Counted from the first letter of the stretch, positions 19,859-29,762 are shown. The stretch: DNA of 52,885 nucleotides from a virus (IMGVR_UViG_3300008952_003486:1-52885); one strand, 5' to 3'. The notes: a model not told the origin generated them from the letters alone. Made by a program: numbers and translations.

Positions 19859-20481
19859 CGAGGTACCCTAGAAGCGGAAGCAGGACTAGACGCTGGCGCA
19901 CTAGTTGGCACTTGAGATGCTGCGTTTCTTTCTCCTGACCCAATCCCATCTCCTGGTGTAGGAGGGAACGCTGCATCGACCTGTGGTGCTTCCGCTGCTG
20001 TCTTCGCGCCGCTTGTGATTTTTGTGCTCTTTATTCCGCGGGTTACATATTTATCGGTCAATCCCATAATCTTGCCGCTTTTGCTGCTATATATTGCGCT
20101 GTCGATGTTCACGACTATTATCTGTCCAATGGTGGGCGCAGTATCAGATTGCCCAACGTAGGTGCGGTGCATGTCTATTAGGTAGTGCGAACAAGATTTT
20201 ATCTTTGGCGAAACCCACTCTACCGGTTCTGGTATCGCAGCGTCCACTTCTGGTATGCGCGCCTTGACATACGCGACACCTTCTTCATATCTGTCAACGC
20301 GCATCACAACTGCCTTCCAGAAACTCCTATCTTCTTTGGGCGCTCCATACGTAGACTCGTAAGCGTTAACTGCTATTGTCGCTAGCGGTTCATCTTCTTC
20401 CTCGTTGTACTTCCTTTGCTGGTCTCTAATCCTGGGAGGATTAATAAGTCCTGCTGGTACAGTTGCAGTCCTCTCGGTCAT
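19855..20481 (-). CDS. Putative baseplate hub protein, gp5 N-terminal OB-fold-like
   Basis: AVVMRVD...YVKARIPEVD...PEP and PTIGQIIVV resemble the gp5/gpV OB domain; Pro/Ala/Ser-rich C-terminal linker. Confidence 0.5.
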   Translation of the reverse strand: MTERTATVPAGLINPPRIRDQQRKYNEEEDEPLATIAVNAYESTYGAPKEDRSFWKAVVMRVDRYEEGVAYVKARIPEVDAAIPEPVEWVSPKIKSCSHYLIDMHRTYVGQSDTAPTIGQIIVVNIDSAIYSSKSGKIMGLTDKYVTRGIKSTKITSGAKTAAEAPQVDAAFPPTPGDGIGSGERNAASQVPTSAPASSPASASRVPR

Positions 20482-20771
20482 TAGTCGGTACCCTCCAAAG
20501 ATTCAAATATTTCATCTGTATCCACCTTGGATAGCGCTCCGTAATCGTCTTTCACTATCTTCTGTAGCATCCCAGTTAGCTTGACTAATTGTTCGTTAGA
20601 TCTCTGAAGTGTCTCCAGATACTTTGCCGCTACTTGCCCCACGTCCTTGTGCCTCTCTTTGTTCTTCCCGATATATTCCGAGACATCTCTCAACAATTCG
20701 GTTGCGATCTTCCGATCATCGTGAATGTTGGTAATCGCCTCTTCTAAATGTTTTGTGAATTTATCGCTCAT
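20481..20771 (-). CDS. Hypothetical helical protein
   Basis: 96-aa ORF overlapping both neighbours by 1-4 nt. Confidence 0.7.
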   Translation of the reverse strand: MSDKFTKHLEEAITNIHDDRKIATELLRDVSEYIGKNKERHKDVGQVAAKYLETLQRSNEQLVKLTGMLQKIVKDDYGALSKVDTDEIFESLEGTD

Positions 20772-21466
20772 TCCGAATCCCAGTCAATTTTAAATGTTTT
20801 ATACTTTGCTCTTATCTTGTTTAGACTATTGACAATTTGCTTTGTGTTCAACCCTGTTATCTCTCTTAGATATAAGTAAATAGCTTTTTTATTAAAAATT
20901 TCTATCGCATCCGGTTCTGATAGGATTATTTTAATCGCTTGCGCAACCCTCTTTTCGTTTGGTTTTGCTGAATCTTCCTCCCAAATATCGATTTGCTGGT
21001 TTAGGGATACCCAAAATTCATGCTTTTCTCTATCTTGCACATAAGTGTTTATAGAGACGAGAGCGCTCATTTCCTTGGAGAACTCATTGTCCTCAAAGTT
21101 AATTTCTTTGCTAGCTCGATTGGCGTTATACTTTACTTTGTGGATGAACCAATTTTTTGTTATTACACTAAAATAACTAAACGCCTTTGATCCTTTATCT
21201 GGATCAAATTTATTCAAAATAGTAGTTAGCCAGATTTTACACTCTGACTTTAGATCATCGATATTTGGCAAGTTGGTAAATTTATATGTATAAACTATTT
21301 TGTCAACCATCTCGTCAAACACTGGTCCAATATAATTTATATATAAAAACTCTCTTTCCTGCGGGTCGGCGGTGGTAGCATACTTTACAATTGCATTTTG
21401 GTGTATTTTAGTAAAATAAGCTTTCGTTCCGCCCCTACGACCTCTCCTCTTCCTCTTTCTCTTCAT
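20768..21466 (-). CDS. Phage RNA polymerase sigma factor-like protein (gp55-like)
   Basis: DDLKSEC...LNKFDPDKGSKAFSYFSVITKN resembles sigma region 2; directly upstream of the structural genes. Confidence 0.75.
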   Translation of the reverse strand: MKRKRKRRGRRGGTKAYFTKIHQNAIVKYATTADPQEREFLYINYIGPVFDEMVDKIVYTYKFTNLPNIDDLKSECKIWLTTILNKFDPDKGSKAFSYFSVITKNWFIHKVKYNANRASKEINFEDNEFSKEMSALVSINTYVQDREKHEFWVSLNQQIDIWEEDSAKPNEKRVAQAIKIILSEPDAIEIFNKKAIYLYLREITGLNTKQIVNSLNKIRAKYKTFKIDWDSE

Positions 21467-21755
21467 CTGTCATTTCCTCTTCGCCGTCGCCTATCTCTAG
21501 GGCGGAATTTTGCCTGAACTCTTCTATGCCTTCCCTCAATCTTTTAGAGTGAAGGATGAGACTCTGTAGTGTCTCGTCGCCATAAAAAGTAGTCAGTTCG
21601 TATATTGCTTCTAGGTGGGCAACAAAACTGTCCATGTCATCCATGAGAAAGTAAATGTTTTCAGAATAAGAAAGGGATTTTCTTATCAGTTTATACCCAA
21701 ACCATATCAATAAAGCATTCAGCATAACTGAAAATGCCAACACAGCATAAATCAT
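21435..21755 (-). CDS. Hypothetical membrane-anchored protein
   Basis: N-terminal hydrophobic helix MIYAVLAFSVMLNALLIWFGY; GGAGG RBS. Confidence 0.7.
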   Translation of the reverse strand: MIYAVLAFSVMLNALLIWFGYKLIRKSLSYSENIYFLMDDMDSFVAHLEAIYELTTFYGDETLQSLILHSKRLREGIEEFRQNSALEIGDGEEEMTDEEKEEEERS

Positions 21756-21758
21756 ACT

Positions 21759-22007
21759 TCATACCTCCTTTTTTAGCGCCTGGTTTCTCTGCTCTCTGAG
21801 ATCTCTTCTGAATTCTTCAATTGAAGACTTCACCACTTCCCCTGTCTTGGCGATGTCCTTTTTCGGGACAAGAGATAGTGGCACAGATGGAACCTTAGAC
21901 AAGGATCCGCTGCATTCCGCGCAGAAAAAGTCTGCCCTTTCACTCATAGAATGGGTGATGCCGTAATAATTTTCACACTCTTCGCAGTGATAAGTATATT
22001 TAGGCAT
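21759..22007 (-). CDS. FmdB-family zinc ribbon protein
   Basis: MPKYTYHCEEC...HSMSE...CAECSG pattern. Confidence 0.8.
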   Translation of the reverse strand: MPKYTYHCEECENYYGITHSMSERADFFCAECSGSLSKVPSVPLSLVPKKDIAKTGEVVKSSIEEFRRDLREQRNQALKKEV

Positions 22008-22179
22008 CCTCGGATATCATCTCAAAAGTCGGAGGATTCTCAACAAATAAGTTTCCCTCTCCGTCTGCAACCAGAACTAGTCCCCCTAGAATGGGTACAA
22101 TGTCCTCTTGCTCCATTAAGCACTTCTGGAGTGCCATCATAAGTGCACCTTGTGCTTGATCCGATAATTTCATTTTCAT
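22000..22179 (-). CDS. Small hypothetical protein (59 aa), missing from the ORF track
   Basis: AAGGAG RBS, then MKMKLSDQAQGALMMALQKCLMEQEDIVPILGGLVLVADGEGNLFVENPPTFEMISEDA; fills the gap exactly and overlaps the next start. Confidence 0.8.
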   Translation of the reverse strand: MKMKLSDQAQGALMMALQKCLMEQEDIVPILGGLVLVADGEGNLFVENPPTFEMISEDA

Positions 22180-22193
22180 TTTATTTCTCCTTT

Positions 22194-23279
22194 TTATGCC
22201 CGACCATATGAATCTTCATAGCGAACAATATCATCCTCGCCAAAATATTCACCTGTCTGAACTTCTATAAAAACTAAATCTTCTTTTCCACGATTCTCAA
22301 TTCTATGTTTTTCTTTTTTCTCTATCACTGTATTATCTCCTGGTTTCAAACAAAACAACTGCAAGGGTTCTTCGTTACACACATTATCCTTCTCGACCGT
22401 TCCGCTACCTTGCACGACAACCCACGTTTCTTTGCGGTGATCGTGTGACTGCAAACTGAGTTTATGTCCAGGTCTAACAATTATTTTCTTGACCTTGCAC
22501 TCTTCGCCATCATATAGAACGTGGTATTCACCCCATGGTCTTACGCCATCTTCTTCCACTTGTTCGCCCCCTTTCATGGAATTGAAAACCTTTTTTTTCA
22601 ACTTTGTCGCGGACCAACCATGGTTGCGCGAAATAAAAACAATCGGGTGCTGCAAGTCACTGCCCGTATAATTTCTGCCCTTGTAGTCTTCTCCCAGAAA
22701 TCTAACATCTATATGATTTTCGGAAAGATAATCATACAATTCTTCCTCTGTTTCATATTCAAAAATCTCGTTCACATGCCTCAAAGATAAAAGCATTTCT
22801 CTTCTTTCGCTCACGCTCAACACTGGTTTTAACTTCTCACTCCTTTCTCTTGTGGGATCCACGTGTAGACCTACGACCAGATGATTACAGTGTTCTGATG
22901 CATCTTTAAAGCAGCGTATATATCCTGGATGTATAATATCGAAGGATCCTGCGATAAATCCTTTTTTTACCGGAGTGAATTCTCCCCTCCAATCATCTAT
23001 GTGTATGCACTTATCGTCAATAAAAATATCTGCATGTGGTTTTTTATTTGTAATCAATTCATGATATTTAAAACCCCAACCATCTAACTGTCGAGTCGTT
23101 TGGATAGTCCAATCTCTGCCAGAAACTGAACCGCGGGCAGTCATAAATAATATGGTATTTCCCTCCTCATAAAGTTGATTGATGCGCCTTCTAACATCCT
23201 CAAAAGGTTTGGCATCCATATAATTGCTGTCCTCCTCAAGGGAGCATATCGTACCATCTATATCAAAACAGTATATCAT
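22194..23279 (-). CDS. Three-domain fusion: HAD phosphatase + cytidylyltransferase-like nucleotidyltransferase + mannose-6-phosphate isomerase (type II) cupin
   Basis: FDIDGTIC...TARG...KPHADIFIDD (HAD); AGSFDIIHPGY...SRNHGWSAT (TagD/RfaE-II-like); RPWG...LSLQSH...HRIEN...IEVQTGEYFGEDDIVRYED (ManC-type C-terminal cupin). Confidence 0.85.
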   Translation of the reverse strand: MIYCFDIDGTICSLEEDSNYMDAKPFEDVRRRINQLYEEGNTILFMTARGSVSGRDWTIQTTRQLDGWGFKYHELITNKKPHADIFIDDKCIHIDDWRGEFTPVKKGFIAGSFDIIHPGYIRCFKDASEHCNHLVVGLHVDPTRERSEKLKPVLSVSERREMLLSLRHVNEIFEYETEEELYDYLSENHIDVRFLGEDYKGRNYTGSDLQHPIVFISRNHGWSATKLKKKVFNSMKGGEQVEEDGVRPWGEYHVLYDGEECKVKKIIVRPGHKLSLQSHDHRKETWVVVQGSGTVEKDNVCNEEPLQLFCLKPGDNTVIEKKEKHRIENRGKEDLVFIEVQTGEYFGEDDIVRYEDSYGRA

Positions 23280-23786
23280 CTAAACCGCCGAATGTAAAAA
23301 TGCTTGGTGGGCGCACTCGACCACCCCATAATCTGTGGAGTCTACCCAATATTCTAGTTTGCAAAGATTAGACTTCTTCGCCAAACTTCTGCAAGAATTA
23401 TATTCATCAAACCCGGTCAACATAATAAAGGTAGTTTGACTCTCCAGGCAGTAATTTACACAACCAACAATATTGTCAGATCTCCCAGATGAAGAAATTA
23501 AAATTACCAAAGTGTCAGAATCGCTAAACTCCTTTAGGAATTGAGAAAATGCATTTTCAATTCCGTAATCATTTATATAACAAGTAAGTCTAGACGGGTC
23601 AGAAAAAGAAAAAGACTTTTTTCCCAACTTCTTGGTATAATCTTGCGATATGTGCGAAGCGATAGAATTGCTTCCTCCATTACCTATTATAACAACTTTT
23701 GAATAAGATTTTAAGAGAAACTCTAATTCTTCAATCTTTTTCTTTGGAATATCCTCCAATGCTCCTATGAGTTCCTTCATTATCAT
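23280..23786 (-). CDS. gmhA: Phosphoheptose isomerase (SIS domain)
   Basis: IGNGGSNSIASH, ISSSGRSDN and YGVVECAH motifs; next to a heptose kinase. Confidence 0.82.
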   Translation of the reverse strand: MIMKELIGALEDIPKKKIEELEFLLKSYSKVVIIGNGGSNSIASHISQDYTKKLGKKSFSFSDPSRLTCYINDYGIENAFSQFLKEFSDSDTLVILISSSGRSDNIVGCVNYCLESQTTFIMLTGFDEYNSCRSLAKKSNLCKLEYWVDSTDYGVVECAHQAFLHSAV

Positions 23787-24718
23787 ATATTTATGTCCCT
23801 TACGCCCTCTTCGCTGATGCTGATTGGAATAAATTTCTTACCTCTGATCTCTGATCTTGAAAACACCAAAAAGAATCCTCCGCCGCCGGCACCACACAGT
23901 TTATGGGCGGCGGCATCTCTATTTCCACAAAGATATTTGTCAATCTCCATAACGCGAGGGTTGTTTGCTATGGATGAAGAAGTTTCTTTTTTCTTTGCCC
24001 AACCTTCGTTTATTATATTAAAAAAAGCGTCCTCGTCGTTTCGGATTATTGCACCCTCTAAGTCGTCAACGAGTCCCATAAGAGGAACTCTCTTCTCTAG
24101 ATCTAAAGTTGACAAAACTTCAGTAGAAGATCTCGTAACGTCTGTTGGTAGAAGATACATATTGACATTATTGAAAATTTGCTGAGATAGATATGTGAAT
24201 TTTGGATCTTTCTCCTTATCGAAATCAATTCGTTTCAGAGATCCGATGCCACATCCATATACGTCCTGATATCCAGTGCGAGAATTAAATTTTTTTTCAA
24301 TCTGCAACGAAATTTTACAGACCTCTGAATCTGATAAACTAATTTTTTTAAATTTTGAAACTGCCCTCACCAAAGAAATGGTATAGGAAGAAGAGGATGC
24401 AAGACCGGAACCAGATGAGATTATATCTGAGGAAAAAGTACACGTCACTTGTTCGCATTGAAAATATTTCAGGACTTCCCTGGCAACATCGTTTTTTATG
24501 CTGCCTATGCTGTCATGCTCTTCTCTCTTGGTATAATTTATAATATATTTTCCATACATTTTATTATATCCCAATACGTCCGACGATATCATGATGTAGG
24601 TATATAAATTAACAGGGAAATTTATAACCGATCCGGCGCCGTAGTGATCTATAAAATCCTGCAAATCTGTCGATCCTCCCACCAAAGATATTCTCAAGGG
24701 GCACTTAGTTATTATCAT
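23783..24718 (-). CDS. hddA: GHMP kinase, D-glycero-D-manno-heptose 7-phosphate kinase-like
   Basis: PLRISLVGGSTD, GSGLASSS, GYQD and KLCGAGGGGF motifs. Confidence 0.82.
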   Translation of the reverse strand: MIITKCPLRISLVGGSTDLQDFIDHYGAGSVINFPVNLYTYIMISSDVLGYNKMYGKYIINYTKREEHDSIGSIKNDVAREVLKYFQCEQVTCTFSSDIISSGSGLASSSSYTISLVRAVSKFKKISLSDSEVCKISLQIEKKFNSRTGYQDVYGCGIGSLKRIDFDKEKDPKFTYLSQQIFNNVNMYLLPTDVTRSSTEVLSTLDLEKRVPLMGLVDDLEGAIIRNDEDAFFNIINEGWAKKKETSSSIANNPRVMEIDKYLCGNRDAAAHKLCGAGGGGFFLVFSRSEIRGKKFIPISISEEGVRDINI

Positions 24719-25607
24719 GTATCTCCCAAATCCACTCGTGCAACTTCACACTTGGATACCATCCCAGCATTGACTTGATTTTATCTATATTCGATAAGTT
24801 ATCCAATGCTTCCCCTGGACGTTCTTTGGCAAACATAATGTCATTGCTTATCATCTTTGCTATTTCTACAATAGAATAGTGCGACCCAGAACCAACATTG
24901 AAGATTTCTCCGAAGCATTTTTCATTATCAGTTTTCATTGCCGCAATGTTTGCTTCCACAACATCTTTCACATGCACAAAATCACGACACTGCTTTCCAT
25001 CCCCGACCACTGTTAGGGGTTCTCCTCTTGCCTTTTGTCTCAGAAATATTGCCATCACGGGGGCATACTGTCCCACACTAGGCATGCGCTCGCCATAGAC
25101 ATTAAAATATCTAAACATAATGGTTGGCAGACCATAAAGTTTGTTATACATCCTACATAAATCTTCTGCTGCCGCCTTAGTGGAAGAATAGGGATTTAAA
25201 CAATCGGGAGGCATATCTTCTACGAGTGGGGGCGCGTTCAACAACCCATAAGCAGAAGAAGTGGATGAATATATGACCCTCCCAACATTGTTTTCCCTCG
25301 CACTTTGCAATACATTAAATGTCCCCATGTAATTTACAGAACAAGCGCGGTGGGGGTTTAATATTGCTGGTTGTAACCTGGACTCTGCTGCAAGATGAAA
25401 GACTACATCCACATTCTTAAATATTCCCTCTATTTCACCATAATTGGTTATATCTGCTCTATAATTTTCAGATTTATCGTTCCAATAAAAAGTCTCGTTA
25501 TTGGCGCTTTCGTCATCTATCACTATCACTTCGTGCTTGTCGTGTACTAAACGATCAACAATGTGCGATCCAATAAATCCGGCGCCGCCAGTTACCAATA
25601 CCCTCAT
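24705..25607 (-). CDS. NAD-dependent nucleotide-sugar epimerase/dehydratase (GalE/WbpP-like)
   Basis: VTGGAGFIGSH, SSTSSAYG, YSSTK and RYFNVYG motifs. Confidence 0.88.
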   Translation of the reverse strand: MRVLVTGGAGFIGSHIVDRLVHDKHEVIVIDDESANNETFYWNDKSENYRADITNYGEIEGIFKNVDVVFHLAAESRLQPAILNPHRACSVNYMGTFNVLQSARENNVGRVIYSSTSSAYGLLNAPPLVEDMPPDCLNPYSSTKAAAEDLCRMYNKLYGLPTIMFRYFNVYGERMPSVGQYAPVMAIFLRQKARGEPLTVVGDGKQCRDFVHVKDVVEANIAAMKTDNEKCFGEIFNVGSGSHYSIVEIAKMISNDIMFAKERPGEALDNLSNIDKIKSMLGWYPSVKLHEWIWEIHDNN

Positions 25608-25615
25608 TTCACCCT

Positions 25616-26431
25616 CTACAGATCGAATATCTGCTCTCGCACTTTAGGAAGATCTTTTGCCAAAAGCAAACTCAAATCTTCGTTAGTAGACAAAGTTCTA
25701 TCTATTGATTCTGGTGTTTCGAACGGGACAATTGATATGCCCAAATTAAATTTCTCGTTAATATATTTAACCATTTCGTATTTCGTAACAGCGCTCGATG
25801 CAACATGAAATAAACCCTCTGTGTATAGATCTTCTTTAATTATTCTCTCGCATAATTTCGCATACTCTTTGGTTGTAACCCCATTCCACTTGTGATTTGT
25901 GTATCCATCGACTTTTTTACCTTCCATGGATTTAACCCAAGATATCAAACTAGCATTCTTGTGTATTTCTTCTCCAATTATGCTAGTCCTAATCACCATG
26001 CAATCTTTGTGTGGCTCCCCAAGAGATTTTGACTTGCCATAGAAATCAAGACAATCGTGCTCATCGTCTTCTCTATAATTTCCCTTTCTTCCAGAAAACA
26101 CACAATCGGTAGTTATGTGAATCAACTTAATTCCATATCTCTTACAGTGAGTCGCCAACTCGCGAGGGAACAGAGAGTTTAGATATATGCTCTTTGCCCT
26201 ATCATCATCTATGAATGGTTTTATGACGCCTATGCAGTTGATGATATAGTCAACTCGTGGAATATCCAAAACGCTAGCCTTTTCAGCATCAAACCACACC
26301 TTGTTCGTGCCATAAGAAACTTCTCTGCTCCTGTAGGTCAAGGTAATATCATACTCTTCTTTGTTCAGAAAGTGCTTTCCCACTGCACTGCCTAGCATGC
26401 CTGTGCTCCCAAGAACTAAAATCTTTTTCAT
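25616..26431 (-). CDS. RmlD-like NDP-4-keto-6-deoxysugar reductase
   Basis: LGSTGMLG, HITTDCVFSG, YGKSKSLGE and RTSIIG motifs. Confidence 0.85.
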   Translation of the reverse strand: MKKILVLGSTGMLGSAVGKHFLNKEEYDITLTYRSREVSYGTNKVWFDAEKASVLDIPRVDYIINCIGVIKPFIDDDRAKSIYLNSLFPRELATHCKRYGIKLIHITTDCVFSGRKGNYREDDEHDCLDFYGKSKSLGEPHKDCMVIRTSIIGEEIHKNASLISWVKSMEGKKVDGYTNHKWNGVTTKEYAKLCERIIKEDLYTEGLFHVASSAVTKYEMVKYINEKFNLGISIVPFETPESIDRTLSTNEDLSLLLAKDLPKVREQIFDL

Positions 26432-26434
26432 ATT

Positions 26435-27403
26435 CTACCCTATAACGCCCTTCTCTACCAAAAATGACTTAACCTTATTGTGGGGCAATATCACGAGATC
26501 TGAAGAAAAGGCAGTTGATTTTTGATTAATAATTTCGTCTGTTATCATAAAGTATTTTTTATATTCTACAGTTCTGAGTGATTCCTCGAAACTAACCATC
26601 TCCTCGTGCAATTTCTCTCCTGGTCTGATTCCTATCGATTCCAAGGCGATATCGCCCATGCCATATTCCGTCGCCAGCTCTCTTGCGACATCGGTTATTT
26701 TCAATGAGGGTAGTTTCGGAACAATTATTTTTCCATGCGATTCTTTGTGGTTATATGCCCATTCTATCAAATCCACCGACTCTTGCAGAGTCACAAAAAA
26801 CCTTGTCATCTCATAGTCAGTTATTGGTAAAGTCCTCACCCCAGATTCTAAAAGTTTCTTAAAGAAAGGAATCACCGAACCAGTCGATTGCAGGACATTC
26901 CCATATCTACACAATGTAACTTTAATTTTATCTTGCTTATTCGCAAAATCTATATATAATCTTTCTGATATTGCCTTACACATCCCATAGACGTTAATCG
27001 GTTTACACGCCTTGTCTGTTGATATAAACATTAGCGTCTCTATTTGGTGATTGCTGACGCTCACACAGTCAATTAAATTTCTGTGCCCTATGATGTTTGT
27101 CTTCACACTCTCATAGGGATTATGCTCGCATACGGGCACATGCTTCAGTGCGGAAGCATTGATGACTATGTGTGGCGCATACTCACTGAGTGCCTGCAAA
27201 ATACTATCTTTATCTTTTATGTCACCAATCTGATATGTTGCTTCTGGAAAATCGCGCATCATATCAACATGCTTATGTTCATCGCGAGAGAAGATGATTA
27301 TATCATTATTTTCATAATAACGTTCTGTCAAAGTCTTTCCAAGGGCGCCGGAGCCACCCAATATTAATATTTTTTTATTTTTCACAAAATTCTCCGGCAT
27401 CAT
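26435..27403 (-). CDS. UDP-GlcNAc 4,6-dehydratase (FnlA/PseB/CapD-like)
   Basis: FSRDEHKH, ALKHVP, ISTDKA, YGMCK, RYGNV..STGSVIP and GIRPGEKLHE motifs. Start taken at MMPENF; the ORF track extends to 27439. Confidence 0.88.
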   Translation of the reverse strand: MMPENFVKNKKILILGGSGALGKTLTERYYENNDIIIFSRDEHKHVDMMRDFPEATYQIGDIKDKDSILQALSEYAPHIVINASALKHVPVCEHNPYESVKTNIIGHRNLIDCVSVSNHQIETLMFISTDKACKPINVYGMCKAISERLYIDFANKQDKIKVTLCRYGNVLQSTGSVIPFFKKLLESGVRTLPITDYEMTRFFVTLQESVDLIEWAYNHKESHGKIIVPKLPSLKITDVARELATEYGMGDIALESIGIRPGEKLHEEMVSFEESLRTVEYKKYFMITDEIINQKSTAFSSDLVILPHNKVKSFLVEKGVIG

Positions 27404-27599
27404 CAACTGATTCGCAAGTCTTGATCTCAGGGGCTGCATCGCTCATAATAATGACGCATGGACGCTTCTTGATCTCTTCTGTAAATTTGTAGTACACTTT
27501 ATAGAATTCTGCTTCCGAAGCAATCTTAGTAAATGGAATGGGGGGATCGCCCGGACCATACGAGATCACATCCCAAAGTTCGTATCTTATTTCATTCAT
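27375..27599 (-). CDS. Small hypothetical protein
   Basis: ATGA overlap with the gmd stop and GGGGAG RBS give a 74-aa ORF starting MNEIRYELW. Confidence 0.55.
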   Translation of the reverse strand: MNEIRYELWDVISYGPGDPPIPFTKIASEAEFYKVYYKFTEEIKKRPCVIIMSDAAPEIKTCESVDDAGEFCEK

Positions 27600-28585
27600 G
27601 GGGTATGCTCCCCTCTTGGAATTTCGCACATCCACTTCTCAATCATCTCGTCTATCATCGTATCAAAAGTATACTCTGGTTGCCACCCCAACAATTCGCG
27701 TGCTTTGGAAGAGTCGCCCCTAAGATAATCAAGTTCTTCTGGTCTCATAAATCTCGGATCCTGTACGACATAATCCCTATAGTCCATTTCTAATTTCCTA
27801 AATACGGTTTCACACAAATCCCGCACTGAGTGGGTGTGCCCCGTAGCAACAATAAAATCGTCCGGGGTATCATGTTGTAAGATCATCGTCATAGATTTTG
27901 TGTAATCCTTAGAGTGCCCCCAATCGCGATAAGAATCTAGATTTCCAAGTTCCAACTTGGTTTTCAACCCTCTTTTAATTTCAACGGCCGTTTTAACAAC
28001 CTTGTTGGTAACAAAGTTTATTCCCCTTCGGGGAGATTCGTGATTAAAGAGAATACCATTGGACGCAAACAATTTGTAAGCATGCCTATAGTGCCTAACG
28101 AGATTATATCCTAAAACTTTCGAACATCCATATGGACTAACTGGATTCATGGGAGTCGCCAACCTCTGATATCCATCTTCATCAACTGAATTGCCGAACA
28201 TTTCTGAAGAGCTAGCTTGGTAAAATTTTGCTTCGGGACATATAGTTCTATAGGATTCCAATATATTTAAGACGCCCACAGCATTTGTCTGAATGGTAAA
28301 AGAAGGTACCTCAAAACTAATTCCAACATGACTCATGGCGCCAAGATTGTAGATCTCATGCGGCCGGACTTTCGATACGATCCGATTAAGAGAGTGGCAA
28401 TCTAATAGATCACCATAATGTGCTTTAATTTTTCCATTAAGGTGCTGCAACCTCGCATCTTGATTTTCTGCCACTGAGTGTCTCCGGACAACGCCATGAA
28501 CCTCATACCCCTCTTCCAAGAGATGTTCTGCTAAATAGCTACCGTCTTGACCGCTAATTCCAGTTATAAGTGCTTTCTTTTTCAT
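27596..28585 (-). CDS. gmd: GDP-mannose 4,6-dehydratase
   Basis: ITGISGQDGSYLAE, YQASSSEMFG, SPYGCSK, GILFNHESPRRG and RDWGH motifs. Confidence 0.95.
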   Translation of the reverse strand: MKKKALITGISGQDGSYLAEHLLEEGYEVHGVVRRHSVAENQDARLQHLNGKIKAHYGDLLDCHSLNRIVSKVRPHEIYNLGAMSHVGISFEVPSFTIQTNAVGVLNILESYRTICPEAKFYQASSSEMFGNSVDEDGYQRLATPMNPVSPYGCSKVLGYNLVRHYRHAYKLFASNGILFNHESPRRGINFVTNKVVKTAVEIKRGLKTKLELGNLDSYRDWGHSKDYTKSMTMILQHDTPDDFIVATGHTHSVRDLCETVFRKLEMDYRDYVVQDPRFMRPEELDYLRGDSSKARELLGWQPEYTFDTMIDEMIEKWMCEIPRGEHTP

Positions 28586-28613
28586 ACCAATTCCTCATAA
28601 TATTCATTTGTGG

Positions 28614-29762
28614 TTATGATTTGACATTAATTATGTCTGCAACTGTTCTTATTTGACTATTAGTTAGTTGCGGATGATTGGGGACATAAAACCCATATTT
28701 ATCTACCCGAGAAACATTTGGCAATACAAGTTTTCCGTATTTCTTCACATAAAAAGGTTGAGTACCCATCGAACCACAGATAAGTGGACGCACCTCAACT
28801 TGATTTTTTTGAAGTTCTTTCACCATTGCATCCCTGTGGGGATGTATCACAGGATAAGCAAAATTAGAAATGAATGATCCTGATCGTGGACTTGGTTTCC
28901 AGTAATCATTATCCACTAACCGCTGGTATGTTAAGAAATTTTCTTGGCGAATGGCGCCCCATTCGTCTAACTTATCTATTTGACCCATCCCAATAAATGC
29001 CTGTAGGTCAGTGGATCTTAAATTATAGGCAGGATAGTAAAAAGTATAAAGTGAATTAAAATCGGATACGCTCCATTCTTTTTGTAATTTATGTTGTGAT
29101 TCCTTGCTCAAATCTCTCCCCCACCCATGACTGCGCAGGGAAACCAACAATTCATATAATTCTTTGTTGTCAGTCGATACAAACCCTCCCTCAATAGTAG
29201 AAATGTGGTGCCCAAAGTAAGTTGAAAAGGATGATATCTCTCCGAAAGTTCCTAGTTTCTTGCCCCCCAATTCGCACCCCATTGATTCACATGTATCCTC
29301 TAGCAATACCACCCCATACTCGTCACATAATTTTTTTACCCTTATCATATCGGGCACCAATCCCAAAACCGAAACAAACATCAAGGCTGCCGGATTTGAT
29401 TCCTGAAATATTTTTTCCACCTGATCCAAATCAACGCTTAGATCATCCATATTGCAATCACACAGGATGGGTTCTAGCCCCAGTTGCATCACAGGAGATA
29501 GGTCGGTCGGCCATGCAAGAGATGGAACAACTATCTTATCATTTCGTAAGTATTGACCCTCCTTGAGAGCGGCGAGCATCAGAAGATTGGCAGAAGAACC
29601 CGAATTGCAAAAAATTGAATATTTCCTCCCAATCCATTCAGACCACTTCTTCTCCAAACTGAGAGTTACTGGACCTTTCGTTAACCGAGGGTAGGTTTGC
29701 AACCAATTAATAAGTTGGTCGATATCGCTCTTGTCTATTGTGTCTTTTACCAAGGTTATCAT
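28614..29762 (-). CDS. colD: PLP/PMP-dependent GDP-4-keto-6-deoxymannose 3-dehydratase (ColD-like; DegT/DnrJ fold)
   Basis: NSGSSANL, EDTCESMG, and FSTYFGHHISTIEGG with His at the usual Schiff-base Lys position. Lacks the Cys cluster of E1/RfbH; flanked by gmd and an fcl-like gene. Confidence 0.75.
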   Translation of the reverse strand: MITLVKDTIDKSDIDQLINWLQTYPRLTKGPVTLSLEKKWSEWIGRKYSIFCNSGSSANLLMLAALKEGQYLRNDKIVVPSLAWPTDLSPVMQLGLEPILCDCNMDDLSVDLDQVEKIFQESNPAALMFVSVLGLVPDMIRVKKLCDEYGVVLLEDTCESMGCELGGKKLGTFGEISSFSTYFGHHISTIEGGFVSTDNKELYELLVSLRSHGWGRDLSKESQHKLQKEWSVSDFNSLYTFYYPAYNLRSTDLQAFIGMGQIDKLDEWGAIRQENFLTYQRLVDNDYWKPSPRSGSFISNFAYPVIHPHRDAMVKELQKNQVEVRPLICGSMGTQPFYVKKYGKLVLPNVSRVDKYGFYVPNHPQLTNSQIRTVADIINVKS

